This document shows, one piece after another, positions 49,203 through 58,390 of a DNA stretch of 64,000 nucleotides. Every line of letters starts with the position of its first letter. The stretch's first letter is position 1. The notes below the pieces were generated by a model that had not been told where the DNA came from, searched no databases, and was given only the letters and a program-made list of their open reading frames with translations. This DNA comes from Calditrichales bacterium (GTDB lineage: Bacteria > Calditrichota > Calditrichia > Calditrichales > J004), in assembly GCA_965267575.1 (NCBI GenBank), contig OZ254086.1:3712001-3776000 (forward strand), in the 5' to 3' direction. A program made the position numbers and the translations under genes.

Positions 49203-49601
49203 ATGGATATACCACGTTACTGGCGTTTAAAAAACCAACGCTACAGACTGGAAGGCAGCCGTTGTAACAAGTGCGGTGCGCTCAGCTTTCCTCCCCGTTC
49301 CGTATGCAGAGAATGTAAGAGTCGCGAATTGACGGAGCATAATTTCAAGGGTCGCGGGACGCTGTTCAGCTATACCGTCGTTTACCAGGCCTCGGACCGT
49401 TTTGACAAAAGCACGCCCTACATGGTGGGCATAATCGACCTGGAAGAGGGTGTGCGCATCACCAGCAAACTGACTGACGTCAAGAGTGATGACGTGGAAA
49501 TAGGCATGCCCATGGAGATGGTTGTCCGTAAACTTTACGAAGACGGCGAAGACGGCCCGATCCACTACGGATATAAATTCCGGCCGATTTTTCAGGGCTG
49601 A
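49203..49601 (+). CDS. DUF35 Zn-ribbon/OB-fold protein
   Basis: CNKC...FPPRSVCREC, IHYGYKFRP. Confidence 0.92.
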   Translation: MDIPRYWRLKNQRYRLEGSRCNKCGALSFPPRSVCRECKSRELTEHNFKGRGTLFSYTVVYQASDRFDKSTPYMVGIIDLEEGVRITSKLTDVKSDDVEIGMPMEMVVRKLYEDGEDGPIHYGYKFRPIFQG

Positions 49602-49628
49602 AAGATTCTGCCTTTTAATTGCGTTATG

Positions 49629-49654
49629 ACCCCGGCAATTTGTCGGGGTTTTTT
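49629..49654 (+). terminator. Rho-independent terminator after DUF35
   Basis: ACCCCGGCA-ATT-TGTCGGGGT plus T run. Confidence 0.8.
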
Positions 49655-49674
49655 ATTTAACCAGACTTGAAATC

Positions 49675-50358
49675 ATGAACGACTCCATTATTACTCTCAA
49701 GAAAGTATCGAAGTCCTTCCGCGAGGGGCAACGGATCCATGCTATTTTCAGCGATCTTGACCTGCAGTTCCGCAAAGGCGAGATCTGCGTTTTACTGGGC
49801 CGCAGTGGTTCCGGCAAATCGACATTGCTCAACCTGATTGCGGGCATAGATTTGCCGGATAAAGGGGAAGTTTTTGTCAACGGCCGTGAGATGACACGTA
49901 TTTCCGAGAAGGAGCGGACGTTGATCCGCCGCGGGCAAATGGGCTTTGTTTACCAGTTTTACAATTTGATACCAACCCTTAGCGTTTTGGAGAACGTGCT
50001 GCTTCCGCTGGACCTCTCCGGCGAAAAAACGCGCACCGCCACAGACAAAGCCTTGGCCATGCTGGAAAAAGTGGGCCTTGCCGACCGCGCCCAAAGTTTC
50101 CCAGACGTGCTCAGCGGCGGTGAACAACAGCGCATTGCGATTGCCCGGGCTCTGGCCCTGAACCCGCCGATCATCCTGGCCGATGAACCCACCGGTAACC
50201 TGGATATCGATACAGGAAAGAAAGTGCTTAATCTGCTTGATAAGCTTGTTCGGGAAAGCGGCAAAACCATGATCATGGCTACGCACAGCCGCGAAGTGAT
50301 GGGTATTGCCGACCGCACACTTACCGTTCACCAAAATACCTTTAGCGAGAGTCGCTGA
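49675..50358 (+). CDS. ABC transporter ATP-binding protein (LolD/AttE-like)
   Basis: [26 protein letters not shown]. Confidence 0.93.
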   Translation: MNDSIITLKKVSKSFREGQRIHAIFSDLDLQFRKGEICVLLGRSGSGKSTLLNLIAGIDLPDKGEVFVNGREMTRISEKERTLIRRGQMGFVYQFYNLIPTLSVLENVLLPLDLSGEKTRTATDKALAMLEKVGLADRAQSFPDVLSGGEQQRIAIARALALNPPIILADEPTGNLDIDTGKKVLNLLDKLVRESGKTMIMATHSREVMGIADRTLTVHQNTFSESR

Positions 50359-50359
50359 T

Positions 50360-52900
50360 ATGCCGCTTTATTTGCGTGCCGGGCTGCGCTACCTGTGGCA
50401 TCATCCCTGGCAAATCGGACTGGCGGTTATCGGCATAATCCTGGGTGTTGCCGTTGTTACCGGCATCGACCTGGCCAACGAGAGCGCGTTGCGTGCCTTC
50501 CGGTTGTCCACCGATCGCGTAAACGGCAAGACCACGCACCAGGTGCTCGGCGATGAAAGCGGCGTGCCCGATAGCGTCTATCTGCGCCTGCTGCGTGGTG
50601 GCGTGCGGCCGCTGGCGCCGGTCATTGAAAAAACCGTAATCGTCGACCCTGACTCGGCCGGGCACACGGTGACCATGCTTGGCGTGGACCTGTTTTCCGA
50701 ACGGCCTTTCCGCGATTACCTGACAGGTGTGGCAACACTGGATGATCAACCTGTTACCGGTCTGTTTTTTAACCGCGCGTCGGCGGTAGTTTCGGCTCCC
50801 TGGGCGGCTCAGCAGGGATGGGCCCTCGGCGATTCGCTGACGCTGCTGGTGGGTGCGCGTAAAGCCCAATTGCAGCTTGTCGCCCTGATAGAGCCGCAGG
50901 ATGATTATGACCGAAGCCTGGGCCGCGATCTTATTCTGACTGATATCGCGCGTGCCAAGCAACTAACAGGAAATCCGCGGCATCTCACACGCATAGACGT
51001 GATCATTGAAAACGAAGCCACCGAAGAGCGTATACGGCGCTTGCTTCCGGCGGGCATTCAGCTGCTGCGCTCCGAACAAAGGCCGCAAGCCAGCGAAACC
51101 CTGATCGCCACTTTTCAGCTTAATCTCAGCGCCCTGAGCATGCTGGCATTGATCGTCGGCCTGTTTTTGATTTACAACGCGCTGACATTTTCCGTTGTCC
51201 AGCGGCGGCGCTTTTTTGCTTCGTTGCGCGCGGTGGGCGTCACCAAAGGACAAATTTACATCCTGGTGCTGGGCGAGGCGCTGATTATCTCGCTTTTCGC
51301 GACGGCACTGGGTCTTGCGGCGGGCATCTGGCTGGGTGAGGTTCTCGTCGGCCTGGTAACGCAAAGCATCAGCGATCTCTATTTTGTGCTGCAGGTAAGC
51401 GATATTCAGCTGAGCGGCCTGACGCTGCTCAAAGCCGGTCTTCTCGGCACTGTCGGCACCTTGCTTGCCGCCTGGCATCCGGCCTACGAAGCGTCGCGGC
51501 ACACGGTATTAACCGTCATGCGTCGTTCCCGCGATGTAAGCAGGCAGCAATCGCGCCAGCCTTTATATGCTTTTACAGGGATTGTTTTATTGCTGGCGGC
51601 AGCAGCATTGCTTTACTTCAGCAGCTCGCTGGCGGCGGCGTTTGTCGCGGCGCTGTTGATCATCATCGGATTTGCCATTCTTACACCGTTGCTGATGGGC
51701 CTCGTATCGCGATTGTCGCGGCTCTTATCCGGCTCCGGTTTTTTGCGGCTTAAGATGGCCTTGCGGGCCATTACCGGCCAGCGCGGACGCACCGTTGTGG
51801 CAATCTCCGCATTGGCAATTGCCGTGGCCGCGGCCCTGGCTGTGGATATTATGGTGCGCAGCTTCCGCGAAACAGTGGTTACCTGGCTAAGCGCCACCAT
51901 CGATGCCGATGTATATGTCAGCGCGCCAACGCTTGTGGCACGACGCAATGATTCGCCTTTGCCGCCCAAAGTCATTCCGCTTATCCGCAACCACCCGCTT
52001 GTTGAAAAATCCAACGCCATCACCAACGTGCGTATCGTCCTGCCGCACAGTGAGCGGCCCGCCGAGCTGGTGGCCGTTGATGTTGCCAGGGGTGGCGAGG
52101 AGAAATTTAATTTAATCAGGGGAAACAACCGCGCCGCGTGGGAGTCGCTTAAGGAGGGCAGCGGCGCCATCGTTTCGGAGAGTTTTATATACAAACACGG
52201 CCTGGATTTTGGCGGTCGTGTCTCGCTGAATACGCCTTCCGGGCCGACCGATTTTGAGATCAGCGGCGTGTACCAGGACTACGCTACTGACCTCGGCGTG
52301 GTAATGATCGATATGCAGCGCTACCGTGATTTATGGCAGGACAGCACAATCTCCGGCCTTGGCCTGTTCCTGAAACCCGGATCGGGACCAGAAGAAGCCA
52401 TCGCTTCCATTAAGCAGGATATACCGGCGGGCATACGCCTGAATATTCGATCCAGCGACGAGCTTCTCAATACTTCCATGGCCGTTTTTGACCGCACTTT
52501 CCTTGTAACCGATGTCCTTAAAATGCTGGCGGTGCTCGTCTCTTTTGTCGGCATGGTCAGCGCCTTGCTGGCGCTGCAGTTGGAGCGCGTTTTTGAAAAC
52601 GGCGTCCTGCGGGCGATTGGTTTAACGCCCGGTCAGTTGCGCGGGCAGGTTTTCCTGCAATCTCTTTTGATGGGTGTTGGCGCGGCCATTCTGGCCATTC
52701 CGCTGGGCATGGGTCTGGCCTACATCCTTATAAATTACATCAACGTGCGCAGCTTTGGCTGGAGTCTGCCGCTCATCATTGGCGCTACACCCCTGGTGTC
52801 GGCAGTCATTCTTTCGTTGATCGCCTCGTTACTGGCGGCGGTTTATCCGGCCTGGTCCATGGCACGAATGAAAACGGCACGCGCACTGAGAATGGAGTAG
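50360..52900 (+). CDS. FtsX/MacB-type ABC permease, duplicated halves (AttFG-like)
   Basis: Two periplasmic plus TM repeats; LRAVG, LRAIG, LAAVYPA, ALRME. Confidence 0.88.
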   Translation: MPLYLRAGLRYLWHHPWQIGLAVIGIILGVAVVTGIDLANESALRAFRLSTDRVNGKTTHQVLGDESGVPDSVYLRLLRGGVRPLAPVIEKTVIVDPDSAGHTVTMLGVDLFSERPFRDYLTGVATLDDQPVTGLFFNRASAVVSAPWAAQQGWALGDSLTLLVGARKAQLQLVALIEPQDDYDRSLGRDLILTDIARAKQLTGNPRHLTRIDVIIENEATEERIRRLLPAGIQLLRSEQRPQASETLIATFQLNLSALSMLALIVGLFLIYNALTFSVVQRRRFFASLRAVGVTKGQIYILVLGEALIISLFATALGLAAGIWLGEVLVGLVTQSISDLYFVLQVSDIQLSGLTLLKAGLLGTVGTLLAAWHPAYEASRHTVLTVMRRSRDVSRQQSRQPLYAFTGIVLLLAAAALLYFSSSLAAAFVAALLIIIGFAILTPLLMGLVSRLSRLLSGSGFLRLKMALRAITGQRGRTVVAISALAIAVAAALAVDIMVRSFRETVVTWLSATIDADVYVSAPTLVARRNDSPLPPKVIPLIRNHPLVEKSNAITNVRIVLPHSERPAELVAVDVARGGEEKFNLIRGNNRAAWESLKEGSGAIVSESFIYKHGLDFGGRVSLNTPSGPTDFEISGVYQDYATDLGVVMIDMQRYRDLWQDSTISGLGLFLKPGSGPEEAIASIKQDIPAGIRLNIRSSDELLNTSMAVFDRTFLVTDVLKMLAVLVSFVGMVSALLALQLERVFENGVLRAIGLTPGQLRGQVFLQSLLMGVGAAILAIPLGMGLAYILINYINVRSFGWSLPLIIGATPLVSAVILSLIASLLAAVYPAWSMARMKTARALRME

Positions 52901-52902
52901 TT

Positions 52903-54033
52903 ATGCGATTGTTGCTTTTGCCGATTCTGATCTTTCTGGCTGCCTGTACATCACCGCCGCCGGAGCAATTCGCCGTTGCAGACAGCGAGTCATTTACGCA
53001 ATACATGTCAGGCAGCGATACGGCAGGCTACAAGCGGGCTGTCGAACCGCGCGATTTCTCTTTTCCCGAAGACCACGGACCGCATTGGGGCTACAAAACC
53101 GAGTGGTGGTACATAACCGGCAATCTCAGCGCGGAAAACGGGCATCGTTTTGGCTATCAGATCACTTTTTTTAAGACGGCCATTGCAGCGGACAGCGCCG
53201 GATTGGAGGACGCCTGGGAATTTAGCAATATCTATATGGCGCATCTGGGCCTGAGCGATATTACCAATGAACAGTTTTATTCTTACGAACGCTTCCAGCG
53301 CGGGGCGGCCGGGCTGGCCGGAGCCCAAACAACGCCGTTCAGGGTGTGGCTGGATAACTGGAGCCTGCAACAAACTGAGCCCTTTAGCGCAACACGTTTT
53401 TCTGTCCGCTTTAACGCAGAAACGGAACAAGCTGCCATCACGCTGGATTACCGCGCACTGAAGGAGGCTGTTTTGCAGGGCGAAAAGGGGCTCAGTCAAA
53501 AAGGTCGCGGTGCGGGCAACGCGTCTTATTATTACAGCTATACAAGGCTGGCCACGAGCGGCCAAATCCTCCTGAATGGCCAAAGCTATGAAGTTGATGG
53601 TCTTTCCTGGATGGATCGTGAGTGGAGCACATCGGCATTGGAGGAACAGCAGGCAGGCTGGGACTGGTTCGCTCTGCAACTGGACGATGGCACGGATATC
53701 ATGTATTACCAGCTTCGTTTTAAAAACGGCGATGTTGACAGCCTGAGCCGCGGGACCTGGGTAAATGCCGATAACAGTTATGAAACAATCAACTACAAAG
53801 ACATGCAATTGACTGCCCTGGAGTACGCAACGGCCGGAAGTGGTACACGCTACCCGCTGAAATGGCGTATGCAAATTCCCGGCAGGCAAATGAATATTAC
53901 CGTAAGCGCAACGTTTACAGACCAGGAACACCGCCATTCTTTCCGCTATTGGGAAGGTGCCGTGATCGTCGGGGGGACGGTGGCCGGTGCGCCTGTTTCG
54001 GGGAGCGGTTACCTGGAGATGACAGGTTATTGA
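52903..54033 (+). CDS. AttH/CrtC-like lipocalin-fold lipoprotein
   Basis: LAAC lipobox; FPEDHGPH, EWWY, WMDREWS, GWDW, YWEG, GYLEMTGY. Confidence 0.88.
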   Translation: MRLLLLPILIFLAACTSPPPEQFAVADSESFTQYMSGSDTAGYKRAVEPRDFSFPEDHGPHWGYKTEWWYITGNLSAENGHRFGYQITFFKTAIAADSAGLEDAWEFSNIYMAHLGLSDITNEQFYSYERFQRGAAGLAGAQTTPFRVWLDNWSLQQTEPFSATRFSVRFNAETEQAAITLDYRALKEAVLQGEKGLSQKGRGAGNASYYYSYTRLATSGQILLNGQSYEVDGLSWMDREWSTSALEEQQAGWDWFALQLDDGTDIMYYQLRFKNGDVDSLSRGTWVNADNSYETINYKDMQLTALEYATAGSGTRYPLKWRMQIPGRQMNITVSATFTDQEHRHSFRYWEGAVIVGGTVAGAPVSGSGYLEMTGY

Positions 54034-54039
54034 AGTGCG

Positions 54040-54068
54040 GAATTGAATTGTTGAATTGATGAATTGTT
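54040..54068. repeat. Short 8-bp-period repeat GAATTG(T/A)T x3
   Basis: GAATT GAATTGTT GAATTGAT GAATTGTT just after the stop codon. Confidence 0.7.
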
Positions 54069-54149
54069 GCGTCCTGAACAGGTCGCGCTTTAGATAAGAA
54101 CGATCGCGATAACATACAAATCTGCCAATTTAATAATTCGGTTCGTTAC

Positions 54150-54178
54150 TTGAACAAAACCGATCACCTTCCTAATTT
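54150..54178 (+). promoter_or_regulatory. Putative sigma70-type promoter for msrC-nudix-ltaE
   Basis: TTGAAC-N17-TAATTT. Confidence 0.5.
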
Positions 54179-54209
54179 GCCTTTGCTTTTTTAATTACAC
54201 GGAAAAATC

Positions 54210-54680
54210 ATGACTGAAAAAGAATACGCCTTGCTGCTACAGCAGGTGCGGGCTGTGCTGGAAGGCGAGCGCGACCTGATTGCCAATCTGGCCAACGTGA
54301 GCGCTTTGCTCTTTGAAACCCTGCCCGATGTAAATTGGGCCGGATTTTACCTGCGCCAAAAAGACGAGCTTGTGCTGGGACCGTTCCAGGGCAAAGTGGC
54401 CTGCGTGCGCATCGCATGGGGAAAAGGTGTCTGTGGGAGCGCCGCCGCGCAAAAGCAGACCGTCGTTGTCGAAGACGTGCACAGTTTTGAAGGGCATATA
54501 GCCTGCGACCCGGCGTCCAATTCCGAGATCGTTGTGCCGCTGATCGTGGGGGGAGAAGTCAAAGCAGTCCTCGACATTGACAGCCCGAAAACAGGACGCT
54601 TTGGCGATACGGACCGCCATTATCTGGAAGCTATCCGTGATACGATCGTTAAGGCCACTGATTTTGAGTACGCCTTATGA
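54210..54680 (+). CDS. msrC: GAF-domain free methionine-R-sulfoxide reductase
   Basis: NWAGFY, LGPFQGKVAC, GVCG, HIACD...SEIVVP, LDIDS. Confidence 0.9.
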   Translation: MTEKEYALLLQQVRAVLEGERDLIANLANVSALLFETLPDVNWAGFYLRQKDELVLGPFQGKVACVRIAWGKGVCGSAAAQKQTVVVEDVHSFEGHIACDPASNSEIVVPLIVGGEVKAVLDIDSPKTGRFGDTDRHYLEAIRDTIVKATDFEYAL

Positions 54681-55219
54681 CATATTGCAGTAACTGCGGC
54701 ACAAAGGTCGTTTTAAAAGTACCTGAAGGCGACAGCATCCCGCGCTACGTATGCGAGAATTGCCATACCATCCATTACAGGAATCCTAAAATGGTGGTGG
54801 GCTGTATTCCGGTTTGGCAGGGTAAGATCCTTATTTGCAAGCGGGCCATTGACCCGGCCTACGGCAAATGGACGGTACCCGCGGGTTTCCTGGAAAACGG
54901 CGAGACGGTGGAGCAGGGCGCGCTGCGTGAAACAGTGGAAGAAGCAGGCATCGATGTTGAGCTGGACGGATTGCACGCGGTATACAGCATTCCCCACGTA
55001 AACCAGGTTTATCTCGTCTTTAGGGCGCGCATGCTTAACGAATCCTTCAAACCGGGTGAAGAGACACTGGAGTGCCGCTTTTGCGATCCATCCGAAATTC
55101 CCTGGGAAGAGATTGCCTTTACCTCGATACGATTCTCCCTTAAAACGTATGTTGAAAATTTAGACAACCCCAACGGCGGGCCGTATATGGGCTATTTAGA
55201 TAAGCGGAAAATTAAATGA
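54677..55219 (+). CDS. Zinc-ribbon Nudix hydrolase
   Basis: YCSNCG, CENC, GFLENGETVEQGALRETVEEAG. Confidence 0.9.
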   Translation: MTYCSNCGTKVVLKVPEGDSIPRYVCENCHTIHYRNPKMVVGCIPVWQGKILICKRAIDPAYGKWTVPAGFLENGETVEQGALRETVEEAGIDVELDGLHAVYSIPHVNQVYLVFRARMLNESFKPGEETLECRFCDPSEIPWEEIAFTSIRFSLKTYVENLDNPNGGPYMGYLDKRKIK

Positions 55220-56244
55220 AACGATCTTTTGCCAGTGACAATAACGCCGGCGTGCATCCCCGGATTTTGGAAGCGCTGCAACAAGCCAATGTCGGGCATG
55301 AAATAGGCTATGGTGACGACCCTTACACGCGTTCGGCCATCACAACTTTTAAGAAACATCTGGGCGTTGAGGCTGAAATATTTTTTGTATTTGGCGGCAC
55401 AGGCGCGAATGTGGCTGGCCTCAGCACGATCAGCCAATCCTTCCATTCCATCATTTGCGCGGAAACGGCTCATATCAACGTGGATGAATGCGGCGCGCCG
55501 GAAAAATTCAGCGGCAGCAAGCTGATCGCCATCCCAACGCCGGACGGCAAGCTGACGCCCGACATGATCCGTTCCCACCTGCACGGTTTTGGCTTTGAGC
55601 ACCACAGCCAGCCTAAAGTCATCTCTATCACCCAGAGCTCGGAAATGGGCACGGTTTACAGCATTAATGAAATAAAGGCTTTACGCGCCCTGGCCGATGA
55701 GTTTGATCTTTTCCTGCACATGGATGGCGCCCGTATTTGCAATGCCGCAGCTGCGCTCGATTGCTCCCTTGCCGACATCACGGGCAAAGCCGGCGTGGAT
55801 GTGCTTTCGTTCGGCGGCAATAAAAACGGATTGATGTTTGGCGAAGCTGTTGTTTTCTTTAATCCCGGGTTGGCACGCAATTTTAAGTATATCCGCAAGC
55901 AGAGCATGCAGCTTTATTCCAAAATGCGCTTTGTTTCGACGCAATTTGACGTTTTTCTGAAAGAAGGATTGTGGCTCGAAAACGCGAAACATGCCAACGC
56001 CATGGCCCGCTATCTTGCCGATAAACTGCAGGGCATAAAGCAGGTCCGCATCACTCAGCCGGTGCAGGTGAATGCCGTTTTTGCGGAAATACCCAAAGAT
56101 AAAATCGCCGCCTTACAGAAAGAATTTTTCTTCTATGTTTGGAACGAGCAAACCGGCGAAGTGCGCTGGATGACAGCATTTGATACCACCAAAGAAGATG
56201 TGGATGGTTTTGTGGAAGCGGTGAAAAAAGTGTTAAAGTGCTAA
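55216..56244 (+). CDS. ltaE: Low-specificity L-threonine aldolase
   Basis: FASDN, GGTGAN, HMDGAR, SFGGNKNG, SKMRF. Confidence 0.88.
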   Translation: MKRSFASDNNAGVHPRILEALQQANVGHEIGYGDDPYTRSAITTFKKHLGVEAEIFFVFGGTGANVAGLSTISQSFHSIICAETAHINVDECGAPEKFSGSKLIAIPTPDGKLTPDMIRSHLHGFGFEHHSQPKVISITQSSEMGTVYSINEIKALRALADEFDLFLHMDGARICNAAAALDCSLADITGKAGVDVLSFGGNKNGLMFGEAVVFFNPGLARNFKYIRKQSMQLYSKMRFVSTQFDVFLKEGLWLENAKHANAMARYLADKLQGIKQVRITQPVQVNAVFAEIPKDKIAALQKEFFFYVWNEQTGEVRWMTAFDTTKEDVDGFVEAVKKVLKC

Positions 56245-56302
56245 GGTATTTAAGTGTTAATTTGCCACGATAATTATTATTATGTCATAATCAGACCGTC
56301 CA

Positions 56303-57283
56303 ATGAGTATGGGTCTTGAGGTGAACAAAATAATCATTGGCATCCATGGACTGGGCAATAAGCCGTCTCCATCATTATTAGAGCGTTGGTGGAAAAAGTC
56401 TATGCTGGAAGGCCTGAATCGTATTGATTCTCCACGCAAAAACATTCCCTTCAAGAACGTATATTGGGCGGATATTTTACACGATAAGTCACTGAAACCA
56501 TGGATCTGGCGCAAAGACCACCCGCTCTATCTGGAAGAGCGTTATTTCCCTTCAGAAAACCTACCCCGTCCCGAAAAATCCGGCTGGCGCGCATCCATCA
56601 CCAAATACATTGAACAGCAATTAGACAGGGTATTTTTAACCAAGGATATGCAACTTAATTATTCGGGTATAACCGACAGGATAATCCGTCACTATTTCGC
56701 CGAACTGGAAATTTATTTTTCAGGCAAACCGTCAATAATTAATCCATCTAAGCCTGCGCGGGAGCTTATTCATGAGCGCCTGCTGGCAATTCTGAAAAAT
56801 TACAATTCCCATGAAATTCTGTTGATCAGTCATTCCATGGGGTCCATCGTTGCCTACGACGTGCTGACGGCAGCGCCGGAAGATATAAAGATAAATACAC
56901 TCGTAACCATCGGATCGCCGCTGGGATTACCGGTTGTAGTAGGGAAAATATTCAGCCAGCAAAAACGGCTGTTTCCGCAGCAAACGGCATTAAGGGCGCC
57001 GGAGAATGTAAAAAACAAATGGTACAATCTTTCAGATGCTGAAGACAGAATAGCGTTGGACCATACCCTGGCAGATGATTATCAGCCAAACACTCACGGC
57101 GTAAAGGCGCAAGACTTCGATGTATACAATGATTACCGGGCCAACGGGGAACGCAATCCGCATAAATCTTACGGTTATCTGCGAACGCCTGAACTGGCAA
57201 AGATCATTGACGACTTTCTGGGAGTCCCAAAGAAGAAAAAAAGCTTAAAAGAAAAGGCTTTAGATTTTTTAGGATTGCGATAA
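56303..57283 (+). CDS. Alpha/beta hydrolase
   Basis: IHGLG, SHSMG nucleophile elbow, TIGSPL, NPHKSYGYL. Confidence 0.78.
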   Translation: MSMGLEVNKIIIGIHGLGNKPSPSLLERWWKKSMLEGLNRIDSPRKNIPFKNVYWADILHDKSLKPWIWRKDHPLYLEERYFPSENLPRPEKSGWRASITKYIEQQLDRVFLTKDMQLNYSGITDRIIRHYFAELEIYFSGKPSIINPSKPARELIHERLLAILKNYNSHEILLISHSMGSIVAYDVLTAAPEDIKINTLVTIGSPLGLPVVVGKIFSQQKRLFPQQTALRAPENVKNKWYNLSDAEDRIALDHTLADDYQPNTHGVKAQDFDVYNDYRANGERNPHKSYGYLRTPELAKIIDDFLGVPKKKKSLKEKALDFLGLR

Positions 57284-57303
57284 AAGCAGGACACATCTAA
57301 ATA

Positions 57304-57329
57304 AAAAAAGGCCGCCGTTTGGCGACCTT
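57304..57329 (-). terminator. Terminator downstream of tRNA-Ala
   Basis: Minus strand AAGGTCGCC-AAAC-GGCGGCCTTTTTTT. Confidence 0.75.
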
Positions 57330-57333
57330 GGTG

Positions 57334-57406
<73 letters not shown>

Positions 57407-57585
57407 GCTTAAAAACGAGTTTGTAATATACAGATCGCTTTTTATTCATGCAATAAATTAAGCTCGCTTTTTTGCCACAAAAACCCGTTGTTATGTTGAC
57501 TCAGTCGGTTTATAACCTTAGATTTATGATCTTATGAATTAATAATTATAAACAGGAATGATACTTCCTGTTTTTTTGTTGAAAA

Positions 57586-57610
57586 AAACTGGACTAAATA
57601 AGTCGGATAT
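57586..57610 (+). promoter_or_regulatory. IscR type-1-like Rrf2 operator
   Basis: AAACTG-GACT-AAATA-AGTC-GGATAT; GACT-N5-AGTC core abutting the ATG. Confidence 0.65.
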
Positions 57611-58069
57611 ATGCTGCGCCTTAGCAAAAAAGTGGAATACGCGTTAATCGCCCTGATGGATTTGGCCCGTGATGAGGGCTTTGATCCTGTAACAACCAAA
57701 ACGTTGTCGAAGCAGTACAGCATCCCTTATGATTTGCTGAGTAAGGTGTTGCAGTCTTTGACGCGCAAGGGCTTGCTGCAATCGGTACAGGGTGTACGCG
57801 GTGGCTACGTTCTGGCGCGCAAGGCGGAAATAATCACACTTAAAGAGGTGATTGAAGTTATGGAAGGGCCGATTGCGCTGATTCCATGCAACCATGAAAA
57901 CGAATGCGGCTGTCAACAATTTGACGGGTGCACCATTAAATCGCCAATGGAGATAATCCAGATGGAATTGTCCAAGTATTTTCAAAACATAAGCGTAAAG
58001 GACCTGGAAAGTCGCTACAACAGGGCGCATGAAAAAGTAATCCAAATCGGAGAGCCGTATGCCCGATAA
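57611..58069 (+). CDS. Rrf2 family regulator (IscR/SufR-like)
   Basis: YALIAL, SVQGVRGGYVLA, Cys cluster CNHENECGCQQFDGC. Confidence 0.9.
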   Translation: MLRLSKKVEYALIALMDLARDEGFDPVTTKTLSKQYSIPYDLLSKVLQSLTRKGLLQSVQGVRGGYVLARKAEIITLKEVIEVMEGPIALIPCNHENECGCQQFDGCTIKSPMEIIQMELSKYFQNISVKDLESRYNRAHEKVIQIGEPYAR

Positions 58070-58361
58070 AGAGGAAATCCAGTATGCTTTGCGCAATGTG
58101 TATGATCCGGAAATACGGGTAAATATTTTTGATTTAGGTTTGATTTATAATATTGACATAAATGATTCGGTCGTTCGGGTTGAGATGACCCTTACGTCGC
58201 CGAATTGCCCGGCCAGTGAGCAGCTTAAACAGGATGTGGTGAATGCGGTTTACGGCTGCAGCAACGTCGACGACGTGGCGCTGGAACTGGTGTGGGATCC
58301 GCCGTGGGAACCATCGCGCATGAGCGAGGAAGCACGGTTGGAATTAGGGTATGATATATAA
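58059..58361 (+). CDS. sufT: DUF59/SufT Fe-S assembly protein (copy 1)
   Basis: [27 protein letters not shown]. Confidence 0.88.
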   Translation: MPDKEEIQYALRNVYDPEIRVNIFDLGLIYNIDINDSVVRVEMTLTSPNCPASEQLKQDVVNAVYGCSNVDDVALELVWDPPWEPSRMSEEARLELGYDI

Positions 58362-58390
58362 AGAATGTTAAAAGAAAGGACCATGCGTAT

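Noticed and set aside
46967..49601. phlACB (DAPG biosynthesis) assignment
   Set aside because: The synthase retains its catalytic Cys, and no phlD type III PKS is adjacent
46736..53937. Long minus-strand ORFs (293, 272, 206 and 309 aa)
   Set aside because: They overlap well-supported + strand genes in GC-rich sequence and have no motifs
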